Shown here: positions 1-11,418 of the stretch, piece after piece
Layout: each line of letters starts with the position of its first letter
Position numbering within the stretch: position 1 is the stretch's first letter
NCBI GenBank assembly: GCA_047967505.1
Contig: CM106538.1
Origin: Dipteris shenzhenensis
Lineage: Eukaryota
Length of the DNA: 64,000 nt
Direction: 5' to 3' (one strand)
The notes under the pieces: model-generated
What the model saw: only the letters and a program-made list of their open reading frames with translations
Told to the model about the DNA's origin: nothing
The model's database searches: none
Program-made: the position numbers and the translations under genes

Positions 1-1129
1 CCCCGCCCTCGATCTCCAACACCTTTCTTCTCCTCCTCAAGCCTTCGTCTCTCCTCTTCCTTCCGATTTAGCGATCTGGGTCCCTCAATTCCTTCACTCT
101 TTCATCGCCAGAACCATCCCGGCCTCTTGGGTGGACTCACTTACAAAGCTTTTTCGAGTGTCGCTTCGAAAGGTGATGTCTCACTGAGTCCGCTGTGCAC
201 CCGTTACAGCCGTATCATGACTAAGAGTTCCAGTTCAGGGACCTTCTTAGATTGTTCCAGCTATAGGCTTGTCTTAACGAAACTAGAGTTTCTTCAAGAG
301 TATGGATTACGTCATGAAAGCGTCATCAACTAGACCTGAAGTTCCGCTTTGAACAACTTAATTGACAAGCTCAACATCTCCATAATGTGATCTGCTTTTC
401 TTTTCTTTCCCTCAATCGCATGTAATACCACCCTTCCAGCCCGTTAAGGTGAGAGCAAGGCGGCCCCCTAGGGAGACAGAGTGAAGCAAAATTTCTGGAG
501 ACACTTTAAAACTAATTTAGTAGCGATACGTGGCTGCCGATACACACTGAAAGGAAAATTTGTTGCTTGTCTGCTGCGCAAAACTATGTGCAAGTTGCAT
601 CTCACATTTTAAAAACTTCTTTCCATTCATTTCATGTTTGAAAGATGGATTTAAAATGAAGTCACAAGCGTGCAGGAAATGTCTGTCCTTCTTGCATACA
701 TGTTTACCTTTTCCTTATGTTTGACAAGGCGATTATATAGCAGGCCAGAAGCTCCTTAACAGGGTCTTGAGCAAGTGGTTAATCTGGCACAATGAGATGA
801 CTGGAAAGGTTGGGGTTGGCACTTCATAACCATAAGGGTCTGGAGTCTTTGGAGATTAGAAGAACCAAACGACAAAGCAAAGGACTTACAGCAGCGGCAG
901 ACAAGGCAGGGGGTGCTTTGAGATTGAAGAGAGTGCTGGATTCGTGACAGAGATATAACAGCTAGACAGTTGGACACATTTCAAGCTTTGCATTTGTTCT
1001 ACATCTTGAAAGCGGACATTTGCTGGAGCACTGGTCTAGATGTGGTTGATGGACTGAACGGCATGGCAAGCACCTGACAAGTGAGAGGATTTGAATACTT
1101 TTGACCGCATTTTGGACAAAGTGGTATCA

Positions 1130-1169
1130 ATGGTGAGCATCAGGAAGCGGCGACATGTTGGCATACTAG
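1130..1169 (+). CDS. Soloist: AP2/ERF Soloist-type transcription factor, coding exon 1 (MVSIRKRRHVGIL)
   Basis: Resembles the MVSLRRRxLLGL N-terminus of Soloist (At4g13040-type) proteins; ends at AG|GTACTG donor, phase 1. Confidence 0.8.
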
Positions 1170-1220
1170 GTACTGTAATACATACTGCAAGTGGTGGGCA
1201 TGCCTATTTAATTCCACGTT

Positions 1221-1270
<50 letters not shown>
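1221..1270. repeat. (TG)n(AG)n compound microsatellite
   Basis: Directly visible. Confidence 0.98.
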
Positions 1271-1274
<4 letters not shown>

Positions 1275-1379
1275 TGATTTTGATTCGATTTAATGTCCAT
1301 TGGACACCCAACAAGATCTATTTGACAGCAGTGATAACACCTCAACAAAGTGCAGTCTACAAAGAGCTTGCGTAGTGAC

Positions 1380-2660
1380 ATAATCCACATGTCATGTCCT
1401 AAGATTTCTTGCCAGATCCAAAACTTACCTGGTACACTGTCAGTACTCAGGTAGATCACCTGTTTGACTGGTGGTTCAAAAGAGACCTGCTTCTTTTGTT
1501 GCATACAAGTATATGCTAGCCGTGTGGTTTTGTCTCCTACTTTACTTTGCTCAAAGGCTACATACCCCCTATTTGGGATGGGGTGTGCTTCTATTGCTAT
1601 TACCACCAGTAAGGATACTATTACTGACAGTAATAAGAATAGTACCAGCAGTACTAATAATATCACTGGCAGTAATACTTCCGCCTGCGACAACTATAAA
1701 GCAAGTTCACTGGACCATTTTTACTGCTTTGGTTCGAGAGGTGATTTTCCTCTCTTATCTTAAGCCCATTTGCCCATTTCCCTTGCTTCCATAACCCTCT
1801 TGATACCTTCTTTCCGCAGTTCAATTTGTGAAAGTGTTAAGATCTTCATTAATGTGATGATTGGGGTCCCTTTGAGGCTTGCCCTCTTCATGAGGACCTC
1901 CTATCTTGCTGAGGCATGCTTAAACTTGGTCAGTGTCTTCTCCTATGTGTCATCCTTTCCCACTCTCCATGCATTCTCAATGTGGGTTTAATCCACCCCA
2001 AACTTTGTCGTGCATATATTTCTTGGCCGCCTCCAAAAGGCTGATTGTCTCCTCTTTCATGGCTAACAATTTAGGTAAGGGCTTTATTTTTCTTCCTGCT
2101 CTCTTCATCAAAAGTGTCACGGATGACTTTTTGAGCTTTGTGTCAGTTCACTTGCATCCATAATTGACATGAGCTTCCATGTTAGCCTCAGTTTTGGCCT
2201 CTATTTTCTTGGAGTCTTGCAAGATCTGTTTGTAACCATTTTTGAGCTCTTCCAGGCTCATTTTCAGGGCTGCTTTTTCAGGTTTGAGGGCTCCCAAAGC
2301 CTTAATGCATGAGGCTTGTTCATCCACAGACTTCCTTATGGCAGCATTCTCCTTCTTCAATACTTGCTGCAAATCCAATTGAGTGTCCGTCCTGTCCATG
2401 CATAAGGAAATGCACTCCTTCATTTGGGTAATGAAGTCTCTAGTACCTTCATACTTTCCCACTTGGCACTCCAAAGCATTCTATAGCTAAATGGTCCAAA
2501 TAAATGCAAAAAGAAGCAGTATACATTACTAGTTTTTTGATGGAAAAGTGTTGATGAATTGATGGAAATTGACACTTCTGTCAACTTCCATTGTCTTCCG
2601 TGGATGGAACTCTTCCAAATTTGTTGCCTTCTTTTGGATTTCATTTTTGATTTGTGTCAT
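1380..2660 (-). mobile_element. Degenerate LINE fragment (ORF1-like coiled-coil/RRM region)
   Basis: Minus-strand coiled-coil ORF 2148-2474 followed by stop-interrupted IENAWRVGK...KFK...LKGTP...EAREMGKWA, typical of non-LTR ORF1; boundaries approximate. Confidence 0.55.
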
Positions 2661-2666
2661 CTTAGG

Positions 2667-2670
<4 letters not shown>

Positions 2671-2714
<44 letters not shown>
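2671..2714. repeat. (GA)n microsatellite
   Basis: Directly visible. Confidence 0.98.
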
Positions 2715-2717
<3 letters not shown>

Positions 2718-3671
2718 ACTTCTGCAGTGATAGAACTTGGGACTTGGTGGGGAGCTCCTGGTCCCCCCTCAAGTCCAAGATGTATGTTGCTGAAGGAGAT
2801 CTAGCCGTATGATACGGTTAATCTTGTCTCGCGGGATCGACTCAGGGGGTGTGTCCATGCTGTACTGAAAGGGGGGGAGCGTGTCCATCTGAATACTGTG
2901 CCTCGCAAACCATGTGGATATCTGTGCATACCATGTGTCTGCTCCACTCTCTGCTAGTCGTCTGGATGACTCTAGGGCCAGTCTCGGTAAGTCTCCATCA
3001 AGGTAAGTCCCAGACTCTGTGGATGAATGTCACTGTCTGAAAGATGGCATCAACCTGTAGAGGAGTCATGAGACGAACTCTGCCTGCACTATCTCATTTG
3101 GGACTGAGGGCTTACTCCGAGTCATCCTGGACCCCATAATCACCTGTAGCCGCTCAAATTTCCTCCACTCGGTCTTCGGTAGATCATATCCCTAGAAGGG
3201 TGCTGCATATACGGCAATCGGTCGCACGAGTGTGTCGAAGAGCCAGCCCTTCGTTGGTGGGTCCTGGAAGTGTGCTTGGAATTATTGTCTCTCTAGCCGG
3301 GCCAAAGTAGTCTGCCCTCGCGTGAGTCGTGCTTGGGCTGCATGGGTCATCATGAAGAGGGGTCCTATGAAGAAGCAGCAAATGTGTAGGACTACACTAT
3401 CTCCACTGGCTCACCAAGGTAAGTGAAGCTGAGTTGACGGGCCATTGCATGTGAGTCTTCCCAAGGTTGACTGTCAAGTCTCTCTCTCTCTCTACAGAAC
3501 ACCTCTAGAGCCTCCAGATGTCTCTGCAGCCCTTCCGCTGAAGATGATATAAGGACTATGTCATCAGCGTATAGCAGTATTTGTATCATGAGATCAGCCA
3601 GTAGTGATCCCCTGCCTCCTAGGCGGTCTATGAAGGATGTGACCTCATCAATGTAAAGCCCGAAGAGGGTC

Positions 3672-3674
<3 letters not shown>
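2715..3674 (-). mobile_element. LINE reverse transcriptase fragment
   Basis: LSPTLFGLYIDE...ILLYADDIVL...GLQRHL...TYLG motifs in ORF 3392-3742; frameshifted downstream. Confidence 0.9.

Positions 3675-3716
<42 letters not shown>
3675..3716. repeat. (GA)n microsatellite
   Basis: Directly visible. Confidence 0.98.
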
Positions 3717-3718
<2 letters not shown>

Positions 3719-4039
3719 CTTTTTGCAATCCTTGAATTGCAATGCAAGTGATTCGATATTGTTCTAGCTTTCAGACTTGGATTGGCTCTAGCATGATGAA
3801 AATTTGGAATTTGCGGGGTGCTTAGGACTCATTTTTAAAAAGTTCATACCTTTGCATGATTGGCATTTCATGCATATTTTTTGCCAATCAGAACTTACAA
3901 TACGATCTTTCACTTTTTTTTTGGTAAAATAAGATAAGCTTGTTACCTGTAACTTAAAAATATCTTGTGAGATGCAGAGCACTCATATGAGATTGATTTT
4001 AAACTGGGACATGAATAATATATTGTCTGGGTGATGCAG

Positions 4040-4170
4040 AAAGGCATAAGGTTCTAAGTCAGATCGCAAGGATCAATGGACAACATCAGTTACTGGAGCC
4101 TGTGGTTCAAGTCGTCGAAAGCTCAGGTTTTCAGAGAGGCAGTTTGGAGTATGATGTGGAATTGAAGCCG
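4040..4170 (+). CDS. Soloist: Soloist coding exon 2 (ERHKVLSQ...YDVELKP)
   Basis: TGCAG| acceptor, open 131-nt frame, CCG|GTGAGT donor; phase 1 in and phase 0 out, which exactly bridges exons 1 and 3; no conserved motif recognised. Confidence 0.65.
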
Positions 4171-6161
4171 GTGAGTTTCAACTTTCAAATAAAGTTCTGA
4201 AGTTTCTGTCTGTCCTGATTCGAGATTTAGTTTATGTTTGCATGAAAATATTGAGATTGTTATGATTATGATGTGATGCTTCCTATTAATTGACCCAATT
4301 TTCAAACTATGCCTCTTGTCAATGTAAACAAATACTTGGTATGATGCCAGGTCTATACCCATGAGTTTTTCTACTGCTCATAGAAATTGGGGGAAATGTT
4401 ACAAGTTAATTGCAAAGTACTTTTGTGGGAAAGAATTTGGAGCTTTTATTGTTTCTGTGGTTGTTCCAAATTGCAACTAGTAGAGGTGGGCTAAATTGTG
4501 TCTGTGAGTGGGAAAAAGTGGGGGGGGGGGTATCCCTGTATTGAAAAAGACACCCGTAGCTTTCAGAATGCCGTAAAGTGGGGTTGGGGAAGTAGGACAT
4601 AAAAGACACTTGATTTGCCATTATTGGACTTGATCAGTTGCCATTATAAGTTAGACATGTGGAGGTTGCATATTAACTATGTGTGGAGGCTTTGCTGGCA
4701 GATGTAGAGGCAGCCAACGTGCACAAGAGGTAAGGTTCTCTAGTCTCAAACACAAGCTCGGCACACTGGCCTCCAACCTTGCTCTTTCCTAGAAGGGTTA
4801 AAGCTTAGCAAATATAGCTGATAGGACAGCAGATTGCTCAAATTGGTAGAGTTATGTCACATGCACCAGTGCCAGGCAGAGTGGTAGCGACAACTAGCTG
4901 CACAGCCATCAAATCGCAGCAAAGTTGCAGGCCCTTTTGGGGCCGTTCGGTGGCCAATTGACAGGCCCACTGGGTCGTCCAGGGGCAATTGACCTGACCA
5001 AAATACCCCCTCATTTCAGGAGGTAGCTCCCAGCCTCCAACAGCGCTTTCCGCCAGCATGCAGTGAGGTTTGGGGTCGTAGTTCTGCAGCATAGCTCCAT
5101 CTCCCGCATGTCTTAGTTAGGGGAGTGGTCTCAGTGCAGTTTTGTATGCTGATTTGGCAACCATGTATAAATAACTCAGTGTACTATAGTTAGGAAGATC
5201 TCTGGTGTCTCTCATATCTATGTTTCCGCTGGCAGCAAAGCTTAGTTATGGGGACTTAGTTAGTAGAGGAGGGAGCATGTCTGGGATTTTATGTAATTTT
5301 GTATTTTGTCCCTACCCCAGACTAGTGGTGGCACCATACTCCATTAGCCCCTCCCTCCCAACCTTCATCGCGCATCGGGCTGGCTCCCGTCTTCACCCGT
5401 ACGCGTTTACACCTTGCGAGGCAAGGTTAGGGGTGATTTTTTTCCCCTCTGTTTTGATAGCTCTTCTGCCTCTTGTGTCTCACAAGCTCTCCTCATGGCC
5501 ACCCTTAGCACTCAACTGTATGGCTTGGGGTTCTTTGCCCTCGTTACAAACTTTTTCACATCCTTCTGCTCCTTGCAAGTCTACCTCTTGACCAGACTTG
5601 TCTCTTAGTTCTAACAGTTACCTCTTACATACTGTGCTCCAGCTTGAAAATTGTATGGGGCAACTTCATCTTGTCTTGAAAATTGCTGTTTCATTATAGC
5701 ATGCTACGTCCTTTTCATACTCCAACTGATCACCTCTATTTCTCCAAGCTTTAATAGACTTTTTTCGCGTGACAGCGGCCTCTCTGTCTACATGGCTTCT
5801 CCACTCAGCTTTTTTAGTCATTGTTGCAGCAGTTGATGGGTCTACCAGTCTTCCATCATGGACCCATCCATCTCAAGCAAGCGTTCAGGGAGCAGGATCA
5901 TCTCCTTGAGCAGAATAGGCTCTTTTCTGAGCAGCCCAAGTAGGAAAAGAAGACAAAGGAGGATTCAACGACATTGGACCGTTTCCGGCTTCTATTGGAA
6001 CAGGAACGCCTTAAGGTGGCCGTGCATCGATCCAGATGTCATGCCGACTTGGCTGCATAGGAGGTCTAGTGCAGGTGACCGAGAGAGCAGATGCTTTTAC
6101 AACACCATCAATTTCTCATGGCCTGCTCATCTGCAATTACCAATGTGAGTTCATCATCCGA

Positions 6162-7052
6162 TGCTCAAGGGTCTTCCATCCTAGAGCACAGTATGGTGGA
6201 CTATTCTTCTGCAGTACCCATAGACCGCTCATCAGCAAGCAGTCCTTTATGTGCTCAAGAGTCTTCCATCTTCGAGCACAGCTTAGTGTACTATTTTGCA
6301 GCAGCTCAGACAATGGTTTTCCTTGGGTCTACCAATCTAGGGGACCATTTAGTTTCCACGGTAGCTACATGCAATGCATCAGGGTCTTCCTTATGCGTGA
6401 TGGAGTTTATGGTTTTCACCCTTACGAGTGACTATCATGAGATTGAAACTGCACTATGTTGTGTTTTTAGAGGATGAGTTTGGGCATGTTCCTGGATTCA
6501 TCTAGATATATGCCTCAGGGTCTTCCACCCATGGGGGTAGTGCAATCATTTCCACAGCCATCTCCCAAGGGTCTTCCATCCTTGGGGCCAGCTCAGCTCA
6601 TTTCGCACGCCTAGATCATGAGACTCTTGGGTCTACCACCCATGGGATCATCCAGCTTCAGTAGCTTATTCTCTTGGAGTTCTTACCCGAGGCGATCAAT
6701 CAATTCGTGGAGTTACGTCGGATGGGTCTTGGACTTGTCTAGCAGCTTTATCATGTCCAGTCAGTTTCTCTGGGTCTTCCACCTCGAGATCTCAGTCAGC
6801 TAGATCAGCTTTAGTAGGGGAGCAGATGGTTTTCACAGCTGTGATCCTTGGAGATATTTCAGACCCATCAGCAGCTGCCATAGATGAGCCTCTTAGGTCC
6901 ACTATTGGAGTTCTCTATTCACCACAGTTAGTTCTCTTGGGGTTTCCACCCAAGGGGACACCCCAGATGCAACAAATAGGTGTGATGGGTCTTCCACCCA
7001 TTAGGCCTCTTCATCACTTCGGTTGGTTCATATGGGACTTCCACCCTTGAAG
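6162..7052 (+). repeat. Array of about 10 stem-loops with conserved GGG-(T)CTTCCA-CCC core
   Basis: Loops start at 6172, 6262, 6328, 6521, 6572, 6632, 6775, 6942, 6990 and 7037, each enclosed by complementary arms. Confidence 0.8.
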
Positions 7053-8562
7053 CTCAGTTGGCCACATCAGTTTCAGTTGGCATGACTCCCATTTCACCTT
7101 CTCATTAGGAGTGTTTAGGACTAGGGGGCTTAGTTTCCAGTCCCATTGGCCGTGATGCTTAGCACCAGCAGGAGGGATTATCCTCATAACTAGAGTCGCA
7201 GGTGTAGCTATTAGTAGTATGGAGGTTGATGATTCCTCGGTAGTCCGTGAGGATAGTCATGCAGTTCCCTCCGCAGCTACCCTTCCTCAGTTCTAAAGGG
7301 AGGCAGCAGTCGCAGTTCTAGTCAGCAAAGAGGTTGGCGACGTCTTCCCATTATTGTGTCCGCTTCGAGAGGCTAGTCATATAGTGTCCTCTCCATTAGA
7401 TCACGAGCCACCAACAGTAGCAGTGACCAGTGTCTACACCGGCAGATCCCTTGGTAATGACAACAGTTCGGTCGATACATCAGAGGTGTGCTCATCAGCC
7501 TTAGTACTTCCTCAGTACTCAAGAAGAAGCTGTGCCAGCCATCTCTCACTCCTTTCAAGAGGCATACCAGTCATTCATGGTAGATGAGTTGTTCTCAACA
7601 GTTTTGGACATCTCACAGTTCTTTCAGGCAGCACCCCATTCAACCGATTCATCAAAGAGGTGCCCAGCAGCTCTCCCATTCCCTTCGGAGAGCATCCAGT
7701 GCAGTCTCCTCCTTAGAACCAATGCCAGTCGCCGCTCAGCTCCTTAGAGAGACATCCACAGTTCCATCTCTCTCGGAGGAGATAGGTATAGTTTCTGCAG
7801 CTCCTAGCATAATGCAGGTTTTTCGGGAGACATTTCCATCCAAGTTCTAGATTCTAGGAGGGTGGCAGAGCTTTTATCCTCAGTAATTATCACGCCAGCA
7901 GATGAGGTAGGTGCATTCCAGCTTTCTCTCATCGCAGTCATGCAGACAGCAGTACCACAGTGCCCAGGAGTGCATGTGAGTATTCTGGAGTTTCCACATT
8001 TTCAGTTTTGGTTGCCTAGCCTCAGTGGCTTTGTCATCACCCTAGCAGTTCCTGGAGTAGTACCATCATTTCTATGTCGGTGGATCTTTTGCAGTGGGGA
8101 GGGTGCAGATCAGCAGCAACTGATAGCCAGTTTTATGCCATTAGCCTTCCAGAGTGCAGTGCATCCACATAAGCAGCCTAGTTAGTCCTTAGCAATTCAC
8201 GAGGACAGCATGCATTTCATATTTTCAAGAGCCTATCTGAGTACCATACCACCTAAGGATAAGAAATTCGTAGTAGTAGCATTGTGGGATGACTGACCTC
8301 AACAGTTCGGTTTTCAGTCTTCACGGCTGTACCAGTTCTCAGGAGTTTTTATTAAGCTGCCGTGTTATCATAGCAGAGCATTCATTCCTCAGCCTCTTGG
8401 AGCGGTACCAGATTAGTCCTAGTGCCAGACTGTTATTTCCCCGTTCTTTGGGAGGATAGTCAAGTTTCGAGCAGCAGATGGTCATCACGATAATATTTGT
8501 TTGGCAGATCCACTCAGTCCCCCTCAGCAGCTATCATCATCTAGAATTTAAGCAGGAGGGAA

Positions 8563-8948
8563 TGCCACATGCACTTCTACACTAGGGAGCATTGTGACAC
8601 ACAGTTTGACCCATTTGTTGTACGCCATGATCCCGTTGTGAGCCCTAGTCCAGGGGCGAGTCAGGCACGAGCTACGGGGGCCCATTCCCAGTTCCCAAAA
8701 TCACAAGCCACAGTGTAGGAGTTTGGCTTGCTAGGGCAAAGCGGTGAGAGGTATCACATGCACCCCTATACTAGGGAGCATTGTGACAGACAGTCTGACC
8801 CATTTGTCGTACATCGTGACTCCATTGTGAGCCCTAGTCCAGGGATGAGTCAGGCACGAGCTGCGGGGGTCCATTCCCAATTTCCAAAATCACAAGCCAT
8901 GGTGGAGCGGTTTGGGTCACCATGGCAAAGTGTTGTGAGGTATCCACC
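8563..8948 (+). repeat. Tandem duplication, unit about 189 bp
   Basis: Units start at 8563 and 8752 (CACATGCAC...CTAGGGAGCATTGTGACA...AAATCACAAGCCA). Confidence 0.9.
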
Positions 8949-9938
8949 TAGCAACAAGTTTTGAAGAGGGGAATATCACATGCACCAGTGCCAGGCACAA
9001 GTGGCAGTGACAACTAGCTGCACAACCATCAAATCACAGCAAAGTTGCAGGCCCTTTTGGGGCAACTTGGCGGCCAATTGGCAGGTCCACTGGGTTGTGT
9101 AGGAGAAACCTTCAACAGGAACCGCATCGGGTCAATTGACCCAACCCAAACAAGTCGGTCAACCGACCCTGCAGGTTGGTCAACTGACTGGTCTGGTTGG
9201 TCAACCTACCAGCAATTCGGCCCATGTACCAGCCCTATATAAGGGGCTCTTTGCTCCTCATTTCAGGAGGCAGCTCCCAGCCTCCAACATCACTTTCAGC
9301 CAGCATGCAGCGAGGTTTGGGGTCGTAGTTCTGCACCATAGCTCCATCTCTCGGGTGTTGTAGTTAGGGGAGTGGTCTCAGCACAGTTTTGTATCCGATT
9401 TGGCAACCATGTATAAATAAAGCAGTGTACTATAGTTAGGAAGATTTCTAGTGTCTCTCATGCTTGAGTTCTCTTTCTACATTTTATCTATGTTTCTGCT
9501 TTGCAAGTCCCTGCATGTTACAAGTTATCACTATAGCAGTAGGCCACAACCTCGACGAAGTTAGAAGAAAATCACATTTTCTGCTGATATGGCAAAAGCA
9601 TATACCTAGATGAATCCGAAACATACCCAAATTATCATATGAAATCAAAATAAACAGTGCAGTTCAACCTTTTGTTTTTTGCCCACAAGGTAAAAACCCT
9701 GGATGGTCCACCTGGTTGATAGCGGAAGCTTCATTGAGAGATTGTTGACAACCTTTGAAATTGAACGAAACTTCGACATGAAGCTTTGGGCAGTTCTGCC
9801 CAATCGGCTTCAGCCTCTTTTGTTTAATCCTTAGATAAATTCATTCTCGTATATCCATTCTCCTTTTGTAGACTCACGTCCATGCTGTGCTTGTATGCCT
9901 TCGTGTGGTAGGCTTCTTTTCATTGGCTATGTTGTCCT

Positions 9939-11299
9939 TTGGGGACTCCAGAATCTGCTCATATGATCCTGAATGACATCCATTCTTCCAGCGTGGGTTG
10001 GACTCCCTATGAAGCAACTTTCGGCAAGAAATTCAAGTCCCTTCTCACTAGGACATCCAAGAAGGTATACGGAGCTGATCGTATCACAGAGGCCTATGAG
10101 GAGATCATGAAGTTAGTAAAGGACCACATTGCCAAAGCCCAAGAGACCTACCGAACGCAAACCAACAAGCACAGAGTTACAAGGAAGGTCAGTGGGTCTA
10201 TCTTGGGATAATGAAAAAGCTTCTCAAGTGGATTGGAAGGAAATTCCCAAAGCTTTCTCATCAGAGTTTGGACCTTTTCCAATCATCAAGGTTGTGAATG
10301 ATGTGGCCTGAAGTTGTAATTACCTTCGACATGGCCAGTGTTTCGTGTGTCATGGATCAAACCATATGTGGGTCTAGCACTTACCACAGTACTAGATGCG
10401 GAGCAGCCTGAAATTGTTGATGAGGCCAAGATCGTTGAACCTGGGCAGATTTTACTTCATTGGTTCAAAAGAGGGACATGCAATTGACAATGTTTGTAGT
10501 TCAAGAACAGAGGCTCCCACGAAGCACCATGGGTGGAAGAGGATTTTTCACAGATTATCCAGACCTCCTTGCAGTGTAAAGGAAGCCTTTTCTCTACCCT
10601 AGTTTGAGTTTCAGCAGAAGGTGATGTCATGGGCATTCACAAGTCCGTGGCCATCGTGGACTGCCACGAGGTTAGCTAGCGCAGCCATTGCCACACAAGC
10701 AGCCACGTGGAATGCCACACAGGCAGCCATGTGGAATGCCACGCAGGCAGCCATGTCAGTAGGCTGCCACGCAGGCACCAGACAGATCAGCAGCAGTACA
10801 GGCCGTGTAGGAGCTGCCACGTTTCAGTGCTGATGTCAGCAGTCAGTGCTGATCGCCACATGGATTGGCTGGTGCCACATCAGCAGGTTGGGGCAGGTTC
10901 TAGGGTCAATGCGACAGACTGATCCAGTAGGTATAGGCAGCCTTCCAGTCGGCCATTTTTCCAGGTCCAAGGGCGCCTATAAAAGGCAGCCCCCTCATCC
11001 ACTTCTGGGCCTTCAGTGCTGAGCTCAGCAGCCAGGATTCCCTGCAGCAGACCAGCAGGGTAGCCTTGGATCTACTGGGATCAGCTAGTGAGGATTGACC
11101 TCCTCTCTACAGTTCTAGTTTCCATTACAGTTTTGTAGTGAGGGTTTCACCCCTTCATACAGCTGTATATTCCACCCATTGTATGTGTGAGCATTTTTTT
11201 AAATACTATGGTCGACACCCACTGTTGGGTGCTGATGACGTCAGTGGGGATGTCTAGTAGCTAGTCCCTGCTATGCATGATGGAGTTTATGGTTTTCAA
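9939..11299 (+). mobile_element. Degenerate Ty3/gypsy 3' end (integrase C-terminus, chromodomain-like remnant) and LTR; LTR resumes at 17318-17410
   Basis: HSSSVGWTPYEATFG...AQETYR...NKHR and GPFPIIKVVNDVA motifs; LTR-like sequence with TATAAAAGG near 10978 that is split by the element at 11300-17312. Confidence 0.75.
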
Positions 11300-11418
11300 T
11301 GCAACCTCGTTGATATAAAACTACTGCAAACACTCTCTCTCTTGCTGTCCCTCTCTCCCTCTCTCTACAGATACACTAGGGCCCAGGACGATCGTCGGGC
11401 TGGACCCTTCCAAAGGTT

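Larger units (their letters stand above)
4855..9522 (+). mobile_element. Non-autonomous (LARD-like) LTR retrotransposon
   Basis: Direct repeats 4855-~5230 (internally and 3' deleted) and 8974-9522; TG...CA outer ends; TSD AGTTA at 4850-4854 and 9523-9527; PPT GAAGAGGGGAA before 8974; no gag/pol recognised inside. Confidence 0.85.

Noticed and set aside
1-480. Possible retroelement gag or PBS remnant at the window start
   Set aside because: Stop-riddled with only a weak PBS-like match; not supportable from this window
6162-7052. CRISPR-like array
   Set aside because: Eukaryotic context, no cas genes, repeats conserved in structure rather than sequence, and irregular spacing
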